DNA of 64,000 nt from Carcharhinus longimanus (taxonomy: Eukaryota). The notes beneath the pieces were generated by a model that saw nothing but the letters and a program-made list of their open reading frames with translations, searched no databases and had not been told where the DNA came from. The position numbers and the translations under genes were made by a program. Location: contig JASCQW010000132.1 of the NCBI GenBank assembly GCA_030264375.1, positions 76,809,933-76,873,932 on the forward strand, in the 5' to 3' direction. Position 1 is the first letter of the stretch; every line of letters starts with the position of its first letter. Positions 1-10,915 of the stretch are shown piece after piece.

Positions 1-633
1 CCCTTCAAAAGTCGGTTCACTCGGTCTGAGTCCTCCAGATCCAACTTCCACCTCCAAATCCACAATGACAAATCCTCATTCCATAAATCTCCCAAAGTGC
101 AATCCATTCTGTTCCCTTCCTTTGGATAGAAAAATTGATTCTTCCCAACATCCTGCTTCCACAGTATCTTCCTTGTCACTTTCTACCAGTGTCACACAAA
201 AGAAACTGCGTCAACGTGTGAAAATGCCACTTGATGTACAGTGGATTGCAGTTTGGGTTTACTTCTCCATGGCAGCAGATTTGATGGACTGTCTCCAGGC
301 AGAGACCGCCATCCAGAACGTTCTGTTTCACCTTTAGTAAAATGATTTTACATTTTATAACCTAATTGTCTTGTGAAGTCCCACATTTGTTACACTTGTT
401 TAAGCACAGAAACAATACTTATATCCTGGCTGAATAGCCAAGACACTTTGCTACTATTCTGTAGTGCCATGGATGAGACATAGTGTTGCCAAAATTTAAT
501 TGATCAGGGAGCATACAGATTTTGTAAAAAGGATAGGAAGAAGCCTGAGTGGGTCCTATAAACGAGGCTAACAATAAAATTGACAAAATTATGGTTTATT
601 TTCCCTATTTATTTCTTATTCCCTCTCCCAAAG

Positions 634-1533
634 AGGCAGAATGTCCCCAAAGAATGGAAAAATGTTGTTTCTGGTGAAAAAACTGGTGTGTTTCTCTCCA
701 GAATTGATTTTCTCTCCAGAGCTTATGACACACTGCCAAAAAATAATCAAGGGAATGTGTTTCACACCATCAGGGCCTTAACTTGCCAGCAAAACCCAGC
801 TGCACAGAACCTGAATAAACCTCCTCTTAGCCCACCACGGAGGTCTCAGGGGCCCCTCTCTCCACCCCTGAATAGAGTTGGCACTTTTCAACCTCCATCC
901 GCCCCCACCAACCTCATTGATAATTGGCCTCTACTCCTCCTCCCCCACAGTCTGAGCCGGCACCCATACCTACTACCCGTTCTACCCAATCTTGCATTGT
1001 TCAGTTCATTGAATTTCACATTAATGTATAAGTATGGAGGAGATGGGCAGCAGGTCGCTGTCCCTGCTATTATCTCATCGGCTCAAAGAATCTCACCCCC
1101 TCCACCTTTCTAGCCTTTTCACAGCTTATGCTACCAGCACTTGATATGAGTGAGGTTCTGAGGGGTCTCCAAGAAATTGAAAGTATCACCTAATGATCTC
1201 TAGGTTGTGAAAGAGGTGAAGCTCACCAGGTGCTCACCATTTGTATAAAGTTGTAAAAGTGAAAGTTGTAATTGTCCATTGACGAGGAACTTTGTTTGAT
1301 GGGGGGAGTTAATTCAGTTGAAGTGGTCTTTTATTGAGCATGACATGCTAATGCATGCAAAAGGACTGTTTAACATGGTTCATCAGGAAGCTCAACTTGC
1401 CTTCCATTCAGCTTTAAAGGCCCAAGAACAAAATTCCAATAGTTCTTCCTGACATTGCGAAACGGATTTTTGGCCACAGCCTAAGTTAAATCCCCCATGT
1501 TTCCCACTGTTGGCAGGATCGGAAGATTTGGTC
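634..1533. mobile_element. Decayed non-autonomous Harbinger-like DNA element (~0.9 kb)
   Basis: 5' end (ggcagaat...gtttctggtgaaaaaactgg...ctctccaga) resembles the starts of 37208-38233 and 46078-47127; C-rich interior explains the spurious Pro-rich ORF 580..1113. Confidence 0.4.
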
Positions 1534-2479
1534 AGTGAGGCTAATGAATTTCCACACTACCACTTTTTGCAGTGCTCAATGTTTTCCTTTTACATGTGCA
1601 ACTTTCTTAGCTGATGTCATGTTGCAACTTTGCCAGCCGATCCCAGTTTAAATTGGATCAGTGAAAACTCCCCTGTAGGAATGTCAGATCTGAGGAAATT
1701 TAATCTAAGTCCCAGCATGAGGATTCCATAAGGTATCCAAACACAGATAAAATGGGAACACTGGCTCAGTTCAACATTCAGAAGACAGGCTGTGAATTGA
1801 TGTTTGATCTCTTAAGTAAAGATCTTAGTGAAATTCGATCCACCCAGGACTAAAATATTTCTTCACCCACTGCTTAATTCTTTGAAAACAAATAAAATAG
1901 TTTCCTGCATGTGTTTTTATTTTAATAAAAGCTTTCCATTTCACTAAATTAACCTGTCCTCTATAATTTTTGTAACTCAGTGCAGACTCTTGCTTTATTG
2001 CTTGGTTGACCACAGTCTATTTCAGTGCAAAATTCTGGAATCAAGTCCAGGTTTGTGCATACACAGTAAGGACAGAATCAGGAGAAATTCATCACTTCTT
2101 TATACTGTAAATTTTAACACTGAGATTTCTAGATTTTTGTTAGGTGGGTGTATTAAGAAAGAAAACAAAGGGTGTGGGAGATTGGCAAATGAAGTTGAAG
2201 TACAGATTAGTCATGCTCTAATTGAACATTGGAGCTGACTCAAGTTCCATGTCCATGTTCATTTCATACTTTAACTAGTTTTCTTCTAATACCTATTCAT
2301 TGACATCTTACATCAAGCCAGTTTGAAAACAATTTTACATTTTGTTAAAAAGGCATAAGAATTTTACGATGGCTTACTTAACACAAGGTGGAGCAGTCTA
2401 AGAACCTCTAAGTGGTGGCATAGTGGTATTGTCACTGGACTAGTCACTGAGTCCTAAAGGCCATAACCTCTAGATTGAC

Positions 2480-2760
2480 CCTGCGATGAGGGATCCAACC
2501 AGAGGTAAAAACATGCTCTACCTCATTCTTGCCAACCTGCTTGGCACAGGTACTTCCGTCCATGGCCGTATCAGTTGGAGTGACTATCACACAGTTTTTG
2601 GGAAGACAAGGTTCCGTCTTCACATTGAGTATACACTCCATGTCTGTGTGGCACTACCATTGTGCTAAATGGGATAGATTTTGAACAAATCTACCAAATC
2701 AAGATTGGATATCTATGAGGTGCTCTGAGCTACCACAAGCAGTAGAATCTGAAGTTCCTT
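2480..2760 (+). mobile_element. CR1/L2-clade LINE ORF2 fragment (C-terminal part of AP-like endonuclease)
   Basis: Translates to DPTRGKNMLYLILANL...VHGRISWSDYHTV, matching the LINE endonuclease pattern PTRG.N.LDL..TN...SDH. Confidence 0.7.
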
Positions 2761-3125
2761 GATTGTTGTTGGAGTTGCCCTCATCCAGACAAGTGAAGAG
2801 TATTTAATCACACTCCTGACCTGCACCTTGTGGACAGACTTTGAGGAGTCAGAATGTGATTTACTTGAGACAGGATTCCTAGCTTTTGACCTGCTCTTGT
2901 TTTGATTTGGTTAGTCCAGTTATGTTTGTAGTCAATGGTAATCCACAGATTGTTGATAGTGGGAGATTAATTAATGGTAGTACCATTGAATGTCAAGGTG
3001 CAATTGTTAGATTCTCCATCTGCTGGTGAAGGTCATTGCCTGGCACTATTGTAATGTGAATGTTATTTGCCACTTGTCAGTCCAAGCCTGGATATTGTTG
3101 ACATCTTGCTGCATTTGGATATGTT
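2761..3125 (-). mobile_element. LINE ORF2 3' fragment in inverted orientation
   Basis: Reverse strand reads like post-RT LINE sequence (caaatgcagcaagatgtcaacaatatccaggcttggactgacaagtggcaaataacattcacatt, ~QQD..NIQAW.DKWQITF). Confidence 0.6.
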
Positions 3126-3651
3126 CTACATGTGGGCATGATTTCAGAGAGGAGGGATTATAATGAGATGGAAATATATTAAAATAATTTTCTTGAAAAG
3201 CCATGGAGGGAAACATGACCTGTCAATGAAGGTGGAGAGGACAATCACAAACTGCTCTTATGACAACGTAAACCTGATTTATGGACTTTTTGCAATATTT
3301 TCCACTTCCGTGTGCCATTGATGCTTGAGGTGGAAAATTCTGTATAAATCTGGTAATTTTTTGGGTTGTTATGGAAGCTACTGGATCTTTGTACAAAAGA
3401 GCCAGCAGATACACTAATGACACTTGGGGCTGCATTTTATATGTGGGGAAAGGGGGTGGTGTTTTGCTCACCCACCATCCATACATCCCCATACTTGAAA
3501 AGAAAGTCAGTACCGCATGGACTGAACCCGACATGACTGCGATAACACAGTNNNNNNNNNNNNNNNNNNNNNNNNNNNNNNNNNNNNNNNNNNNNNNNNN
3601 NNNNNNNNNNNNNNNNNNNNNNNNNNNNNNNNNNNNNNNNNNNNNNNNNNN

Positions 3652-3950
3652 TGTCTAATACTCGGGGAGTGGGGTGGGGGGGGGGGGGAGTTCAAAGGAG
3701 TTGTGAGGGGCAAGTTTTTTACGCAGAGAGTGGTAGGTGTCTGGAACCTGCTGCCAAGGGTGGGGGTGCAAGCAGATACAATAGGGGTGTTGAAGGGGTT
3801 TTTAGATAAACACATGAATATGCAAAGATAGAGGGATATGGACCAAGGCCAGACAGAAAAGATTAGTTTAATTTGGTGTCAAGTTCAACACAACATTTTG
3901 GGCCAAAGAGCTTGTTCCTGTGCTGCACTGCTCTGTGTTCTACGTTCTAG
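3652..3950 (+). mobile_element. CR1 LINE 3' end fragment
   Basis: aggggcaagttttttacgcagagagtggtaggtgtctggaac (FFTQRVV..WN) and a ttctacgttcta tail. Confidence 0.8.
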
Positions 3951-4959
3951 GTGGTTAGGAAGAAAGGGGATGATCCTGTTTGACGGCAATGCCTCCCCCA
4001 CAGTCCCTCCCCCGATCCACAAAGAATATGCTCCCATCTTCCCCCTCTTTTAAGAAGGTTTTTTAAAAGCAGCCTGCCCAACTGCCAATGCCAGCCATTT
4101 TATGGTGTGGGTAGCATCGTCAGGGTCAATTGACTTGTTAAAAATCTGAATTGACCCTTGATTATCTAAATATTGGCAGGCAAACTTCCAATTTTGGTAC
4201 CCACCCACCTACTTTATACTAGGGGACAGCTCAGAGATAGGAGAGAAGATGATGGGTTACATTATTTAAAATGTACCTGGATGAGCACTTGGCATGTCAT
4301 TACATTCAGAGCTATGGGCCAAGTACTGATAAATGGGATTAGGTTGGAGTTCAGGTATTTCTCAGGTGTCAGTGCAGATTCAATGGGCCAAAGGGCTTCT
4401 TTGCATTGTCTGAATCTATGATTCTAAGTTGCAGCCAATAAGTATCTATTCTTTTGTTATATTCAGACCTTCTACATAACTTACAGGCAGCAAATGAAGC
4501 TGCAAAATACTTGTCATGCATAATGATTGCCTTATGTCTCTTTCAAAATATAGTTATCTCCTTACACTGAGTGACTATTTCAAAATGAATAACAATGTGT
4601 GTGCAGCTAAGCAAACTTCTATAATTGACATCTGCAAGGTTATTTACAGGAAGAAACCAGTTATGATGATGACTACCCAGGCATTTCCACAGCTGGTACC
4701 ACAACCTCAATGGCTGTCACTGCCTCACGAACTGCTTCAGGGCATCTGACTGATACAAATGCCAGCAGAGAGACCCAGAGAGGAGAAAGCAACAGTGTAA
4801 GTATTGTGTCTGGTAGTGGAAGAGGGGTGAGAGACAATGTAGAAATGATCACCTTCAGCTTGGAACACTAGGGACCTGGACCTATGGGGCCCAGACTTCA
4901 AACAAGGGAGCACAGATCTCGTATGGAGGCAATGGAGAGAGTTTCCACACAATTGGTTT

Positions 4960-6870
4960 AAATTATTGTTTTTATTTTAGATTTCCAGCATTTGCCGTAT
5001 TTGCATTAGTGTCCAATCCACTGTCACTTCTCTACCAGGAATATTTTTCCTGGAGAAATACTTCTCCTTCTGACGCAATTTTTTTTGACACAAACATTTT
5101 GTTCATCTTCACCTCTTTCTGTCTCCCTTCTGGTGTCTGGGCAAATATCTGCTGAAACTCACTTTCACAGCCGTATCTCTTTTCTCAGCATCTGCTTCCG
5201 ACTTATTACACACAGATTGAAATTTCACCCTTTGTGGACGTGCCATGATAATAGATATGTCCGAGTCATTCAGCATGCTTTAAACCATAGCTCTCACCTC
5301 ACCGGAGGTCCACTCTCAATCCCATGCATTGTCACACATACATCCTCAACCTTTCACTTCCACAGTATTGACTCACTCTACTTCAAAGTTCCATTTCATC
5401 CTTCATCAAATCTGCCATTTTATCAGAAACATTTTTATTTTTTTCAGGTAACAAGTTTCACAAGCTTCAATAATACATAGATCCCCATGGATCCATTGTT
5501 TCACTTTCCTCTGACCCGAACTCTGTTTCAATCTCTTCTTATATTTTCATTATCTGCTCTGATTTTCCCCTTTCAGAATCAGAATGAACAATATTCAGCA
5601 AAGGCTTCAACTTCAGCCTCTCATGCCCCCATCTCAGAGAATTTCTAGCCTGGCGTGATGCTGAATTCTTTTCCATTTTTCTTGCCTCCACACCCACTTC
5701 TTTGGTCAAGAGCCTTCCGCTGCACATAGTAAACCCTGGCTGTCAAAAATTCTTATCCCTCCCTTGAATCTCTTACCCTCTCTAGATCTTTCCATTGAGA
5801 TATCAGATAACTTGATATCAGATGATTCAATTTGTCTGCTCCAATCCATCTCCCTCTGACCTTGGATTTTCTCTGGCTCAACCCTAACATTGTCATCAAA
5901 CTTTCAAGCCAAGGTCATTCTGTTGTCGAATTGTACACAAACTTCGACCTAATAGAGCTAAAATGCCAACTTTCCAACACTTCTAACTATCCCTGGACAA
6001 TGATCTCACCACCAAATATGAAACCATTCTTTCCAGTACCGTCCGTCACATCATCTCCTCATCTTCCCGCCAAGTTTATAACCTTATAATCTCCCACAGC
6101 AAGAAAAACCAAAGATGCTGGAGAAACTCAGCAAATCTGACAGCATCNNNNNNNNNNNNNNNNNNNNNNNNNNNNNNNNNNNNNNNNNNNNNNNNNNNNN
6201 NNNNNNNNNNNNNNNNNNNNNNNNNNNNNNNNNNNNNNNNNNNNNNNAAGAAAAACCAAAGATGCTGGAGAAACTCAGCAAATCTGACAGCATCTGTGGA
6301 GATAGAGAATAGTGCCAATGTTTTCAGTCAGGATGACCCTTCGTCAGAGCTCTATTCCAGATTCCAGCACTTTGACTTCATTTTATTAGCTCCCAACTCT
6401 GTATAACCTAATTTTACCTCTTAGTCAAGATACACAAATAAGACTGGCCAAAAAGGCTTATTTGCACTACAAAACTGATTTCTTCCTCTTTCAACATTAC
6501 TTTTTTCTCATCTTGCCCAGTCTCTTTTCACTTACATCCATATGCCTTCTGAAATTCTCAATCACTTTAACATCCTCGTGACCTGGCCCTAACCAGGGTG
6601 TTCAATCTCTCTAAATCCACACCTGAAAGGTCTGAGAGTGCTATGCTTCTTCCCTGAACAGAGGCCCTACAAATCCCTAACAAATTACCCTTTCTTCCGC
6701 TTAGCTGAACCTATTCTCACATTAAACAATTTTTCTTTCAACTCCACATTTCTCCAAGTAAACAGTATTACTATGGGAACCCCTATGTATGCCTTTTTAT
6801 GGAACATGTGGAACATTCCTTGTCCATTCCTATTCGAGCCCGCTCTCTGAACTCTTCTACTACTATATTG
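4960..6870 (+). mobile_element. Decayed Penelope-like retroelement (family B), N-terminal region and RT remnants
   Basis: Remnants SKGFNF...PHL.EF.A..DAE.F (5595-5700), NPNIVIK..QG..VV (=IVIKPADKGG) at ~5880, and LAEPILTLNNFSFNSTFLQVNSITMGTPM (=PLE RT Q..G.AMG) at 6700-6790. Confidence 0.75.
6100..6352 (-). mobile_element. Penelope family B terminal repeat with hammerhead-like motif (spans a gap)
   Basis: Reverse strand gagctCTGACGAagggtcatcctgactGAAAacattggc...ccacagatgctgtcagatttgctgagtttctccagcatc; related copies at 14683-14785, 24675-24780 and 43480-43565. Confidence 0.7.
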
Positions 6871-6984
6871 ATAAAAGTGGCATGCTGAATTCTTGTTAGG
6901 GTGAGTTGAGCAGTCACAAGGCCCTTGCTTATCCCACAGGGAAGCCCATCCCATGGAGGTATCATCCCCCCTCCTATACTCCTT

Positions 6985-7134
6985 ATAGAGTAGTGGGTTG
7001 GATCTCAAACAATGATGAGACAGAGTACAGGAATGAAATAGAGAATCTGGTGAACTGGTGCAAAGACAATAATCTCGCCCTCAATGTCAACAAAATGAAG
7101 GAGATTGTCATCAACTTCAGGAAGTATAAAGGAG
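6985..7134 (+). mobile_element. Rex1/Babar-type LINE RT fragment
   Basis: VVGWISNNDETEYRNEIENLVNWCKDNNLALNVNKMKEIVINFRK. Confidence 0.8.
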
Positions 7135-7234
7135 NNNNNNNNNNNNNNNNNNNNNNNNNNNNNNNNNNNNNNNNNNNNNNNNNNNNNNNNNNNNNNNNNN
7201 NNNNNNNNNNNNNNNNNNNNNNNNNNNNNNNNNN

Positions 7235-7415
7235 TTATATGTTTCTATAAGATCTCCCCTCATTCTTCTGAATTCCAATGAGTATAGCCCCAGTCTACTC
7301 AGTCTCTCCTCGTAAGCCAACCCTCTCAACTCTGGAATCCACCTAGTGAATCTCCTCTGCACCCCGTCCAGTGCCAGTATATCCTTTCTCAAGGAAGGAG
7401 ACCGAAACTGTACAC
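7235..7415 (-). mobile_element. CR1 LINE ORF2 C-terminal fragment
   Basis: CVQFRSPSLRKDILALDGVQRRFTRWIPELRGLAYEERLSRLGLYSLEFRRMRGDLIETY. Confidence 0.9.
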
Positions 7416-7429
7416 AATTATGTACACGG

Positions 7430-7540
7430 GGATGGCACAGTGGTACTGTTGCCTCACAGCGCCAGGGAACTGGGTTTAATTCCCAGCCTCGGATCACCGT
7501 CTGCGTGAAATTTGCACATTTTCCCCGTGTCTGCATGGAT
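7430..7540 (+). mobile_element. tRNA-derived V-SINE (HE1-like) 5' part
   Basis: tggcacagtgg A-box, ggtttaattcc B-box, followed by the shared V-SINE body. Confidence 0.75.
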
Positions 7541-7879
7541 TTCGGAGTCAGTGGATGGGAGGCTGGTTTGTGTGATGGACTGGACTTCAGTCATGACCCT
7601 TTGTGGTTTTTGTTTGCGGTCTTGGTCAGAGCAGGAGCCATACCAACTGGAAAGGATTTCCTCTGAGGTTCCGTTAGACTGGAATGTTCTTCTTCAGCGA
7701 GCAGTGGAGGCTGGGACATTGACTTGAGCAGATATTTGATCAACAAGGGTGAGTAAGAGAGACAGGAAAGTGGATCTGAGGCCACAATTCAGTTAACCAT
7801 CACGGTGGCACAGTGGTGGGCTTTCTTAGCTATAACGTCAGTGTGGAGGGACCAGGACAGGTGGTCTGAACGCCTGGAA

Positions 7880-8000
7880 ACATAATCTAGTGTTCTAAGT
7901 GATCTTACAATTGGGCAGCACTCTCTGAACATCCCTGGGTGTGCTAACAGCTACACTAACAACCAATTTAAGATAATCCGTCGTGGTTTCGATGTGCTCA
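7880..8000 (+). mobile_element. Penelope family C GIY-YIG C-terminal fragment
   Basis: DLTIGQHSLNIPGCANSYTNNQFKIIR; reverse-complement match to 14385-14480. Confidence 0.65.
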
Positions 8001-8154
8001 GAGTGATATAATTTCAAATGCCACTGCTGTTCTCCGCAAACAAAAGGAATATGATCAAACCTTGCATCAGTTTGAATTACCAGGGAATCCCCAGGAGCCT
8101 GTGTTCCCTTTACTTTCTCCATGTCAACATCTAGGCCAGCCATGAGGGGGTGAA

Positions 8155-8310
8155 AGCCTAGTGGTATGATAGTTAGACTATTAATCCAAAAACTCAGCTA
8201 ATGTTCCGGGGGACCCAAGTTCGAATCCCGCCACAGCAGATGGTGGAATTTAAATTCAATAAAATATGCCTGGGATTGAGAATCTACTGATGACCATGAA
8301 ACCATTATGT
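8155..8310 (+). mobile_element. Deu-domain SINE (SacSINE1-like), 5' part
   Basis: tRNA-like head (agttcgaatccc) then gcagatggtggaatt...aatctactgatgaccatgaaaccatt, shared with 43605-43895. Confidence 0.7.
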
Positions 8311-8479
8311 AAAATTGGCAGCACACAGTCGTTAGACCACCTCTACGGTAGGAAAATTCTTGCGGCCTTGGGAAAGTGTAAAATATTCGACACCGAGAAC
8401 TAAGAGGTGATATTCATCAGGAGAAGCGGAAATCTTTCTTCCACCTTCAGGTGCCAAGGCAACACAATTGATGGAATAT

Positions 8480-8752
8480 TTCACAGCGTCAGGGACCCGG
8501 GTTCGATTCTAGGCTTGGGCCACTGTGTGGAGTCTGCATGTTCTCCCCATGTCTGCGTGGGTTTCCTCCGGTACTCCGCTTTCCTCCCATAGTCGGAAAG
8601 ACGCGCTGGTTAGGGTGCGTTGGCCGTGCTAAATTCTCCCTCGGTGTACCCGAACAGGCGCCGGAGCGTGGCAGCCAGGGGATTTTCACAGTGACTTCAT
8701 TGCAGCGTTATTATAAGCCAACTTGTGGCACTAATAAAATCAATTTTAAAAA
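8480..8752 (+). mobile_element. V-SINE, tail type B
   Basis: B-box ggttcgattct, V body, tail ggggattttcacagtgacttcattgcagcgtta...cactaataaa. Confidence 0.85.
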
Positions 8753-9321
8753 CTTTCCCATTGCTAGCTGTTGGCCAAGACATGCCCCCTTCCCCTCAGG
8801 TTCCCCCTCAAAGACACTCCTTAAAAATCAACCTCTTTGACCAAGCATTTGATCATCTGATCTGAAATCTCCTCACGTGGCTCGCTGTCAGATTTGACCT
8901 GGTGGTGTTTCGGGATGGTTCATTATGTTGAAGACACTCTAAGTTGCTGAGGTTGCTTTAAAAACCATTTGTGGGAGGGTGTTCCATGTTCTAATCACCT
9001 GGTATGTACAGAATCATCCTTTTCTATTCGATTACCGATCATTTTCAATCAATGCCTTTGTTACCCATTTACAATCTGGAGGAAACAATCTGTCACTGTT
9101 TAGATTCTCAAAACTGTTTGGAATTTTGGAATGTTTATTAGATCTCCTCTCAACAGTCTCTGGATCCGTGAGAAGATTTCTAATCCCCTTAGACTTTTCA
9201 AGGCCAAACACAGTCCATAAAATTTTGGCAACGTTGCTTATCAGCTTCTATACATACGCTGATGAAACCCACAATGTTCTGGATTATGTGAGCCTGTGAT
9301 CACCTGCAGTCTGTAAAATTA

Positions 9322-9632
9322 GGGTGGCACGGTGGTTATCACTGCTGCCTCTCAGTGCCAGGAACCCGGGTTCAATTCCAGCCTCGGGTCACTGTCTGTA
9401 TGGAGTTTGCGCGTTCTCCCCATGCGTGCCTGGGTTTCCTCCGGGTGCTCTGGCTTCCTCCCGCACTCCAAAGATGTGTGGGTTAGTTGGATTGGTCATG
9501 CTAAATTGGCCCTCATGTCAGCAGGGTAAATGTGTGGGGTTACGGGAATATGGCCTGGGTGGGACTGTGGTTGCTACAGACTTGATGGGCCGAATGGCCT
9601 CCTTCTGCATTGTAGGATTCCATGATTCTATG
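9322..9632 (+). mobile_element. HE1-like V-SINE, full length, CR1-type tail
   Basis: A-box ggtggcacggtgg, B-box ggttcaattcc, tail gatgggccgaatggcctccttctgca...gattctatga. Confidence 0.9.
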
Positions 9633-9699
9633 AAAATGTCAGTGACACTTTCAAGTTTTTAGGTTTCCAAATCACTAACAACCTGTCCTGGTCCCCCCA

Positions 9700-10288
9700 A
9701 TGCCAATGCTATAGTGAAGAAAGCCCCACCAACGCCTCTACTTTCACAGAAGACTAAGGAAATTTGGCATGTCCACTACAACTCTCATCAACTTTTACAG
9801 ATGCACCATAGAAAGCATTCTTTCTGGTTGTATCACAGCTTGGTATGGCTCCTGCTCTGCCCAAGACCGCAAGGAACTGCAAAAAAAGTGTATATAGCCT
9901 AATACATCACGCAAGTCAGCCTCCCATACATTAACTCTGACTGTCTTCCCACTGCCTCGGCAAAGCAGCCAGCATAATAAAGGACCCCACACACCCCGGA
10001 CATTCTCCTTTCCACCTTCTTCCTTTGGGAAAAAGATACGAAAGTCTGAGGTCAAGTACCAACCAACTCAAGAACGGCTTCTTCCCTGCTGCTGTCAGAC
10101 TCTTGAATGGACTTACCTTGCATTAAGTTGACCTTTCTCTGCACCCTAGCTATGATTGTAACACGACATTCTGCACTCTCTTGTTTCCTTCTCTATGAAC
10201 AGTATGTTTTGTCTGTATAGCGCTCAAGAAATAATATTTTTCAGTGTATGTTAATACATTTGACAACAATAAATCAAATCAAATCAAA
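9700..10288 (+). mobile_element. Rex1/Babar-type LINE 3' part
   Basis: FYRCTIESILSGCITAWYGSCS-type C-terminus (9790-9860); ends aataaatcaaatcaaatcaaa. Confidence 0.85.
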
Positions 10289-10861
10289 GAAGTCCCTGAG
10301 AGGAAAAGGTGTAACCGGTTTCTTGCTCCTTCAGTTATGCTTCTCCTGCATGTCATGTTTCACTTAGGGTAGCAATGTCAATTTTGAATTGTCTGAGTTC
10401 CTCAGCTGTGATGCCAGTGTTGTGTTCAAGCCTGTCACTGTTCAGGTTGCCCAGGAGGGTTCTGCTCTTCCAGGTCCCAAATTTCATTTTGCGGCTGGAA
10501 GACGCCAGTGGTTGACTTTTAGTTAATGGTGAGGTGGAGTGGGGGAGGGGTTGGTGTTAGCATGTTGTACTTTGGTTACCACCTGACCTTATGGAGCAGG
10601 AACTTGGTCCAATGACACTGGGGTTCCAAAATGATTGGAGGCCAGTTTCTGCTGTGAGACACTAGCATGGTCTGTATAGAACCATGTGCATCATCAGTGC
10701 ACATGTTTCTACATCTGCACCATTAGACAGGCCAAGGAAGGATTCTAGGCTGACCTTGAGCAGTCCCGAGTCCAAGTCCCAGCAAACTCTGCAAAGACGT
10801 ATTTCTGCAATATATAGTGGCAGTAATTATCTGGGGCAAGTTTGGGGTAGAGATACGTGAA

Positions 10862-10915
10862 ATTGGATCAGTGACATTCTCTTAACTTGATTGGGTCAGT
10901 GACATTCTCTTAACT
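10862..10915. repeat. 28-bp tandem duplication
   Basis: attgg(a/g)tcagtgacattctcttaact twice. Confidence 0.85.

Noticed and set aside
6100-6295. Direct repeat of ~47 bp on both sides of a 100-N gap
   Set aside because: Identical sequence abutting a placeholder gap is most likely an unmerged contig overlap
7895-8143. Protein-looking minus-strand ORF (MAGLDVDMEK...)
   Set aside because: Its 3' half is the antisense of a Penelope GIY-YIG fragment; no independent support
9322-9400. tRNA-like sequences with A and B boxes (many copies)
   Set aside because: SINE heads that run into SINE bodies; no complete cloverleaf, so not tRNA genes
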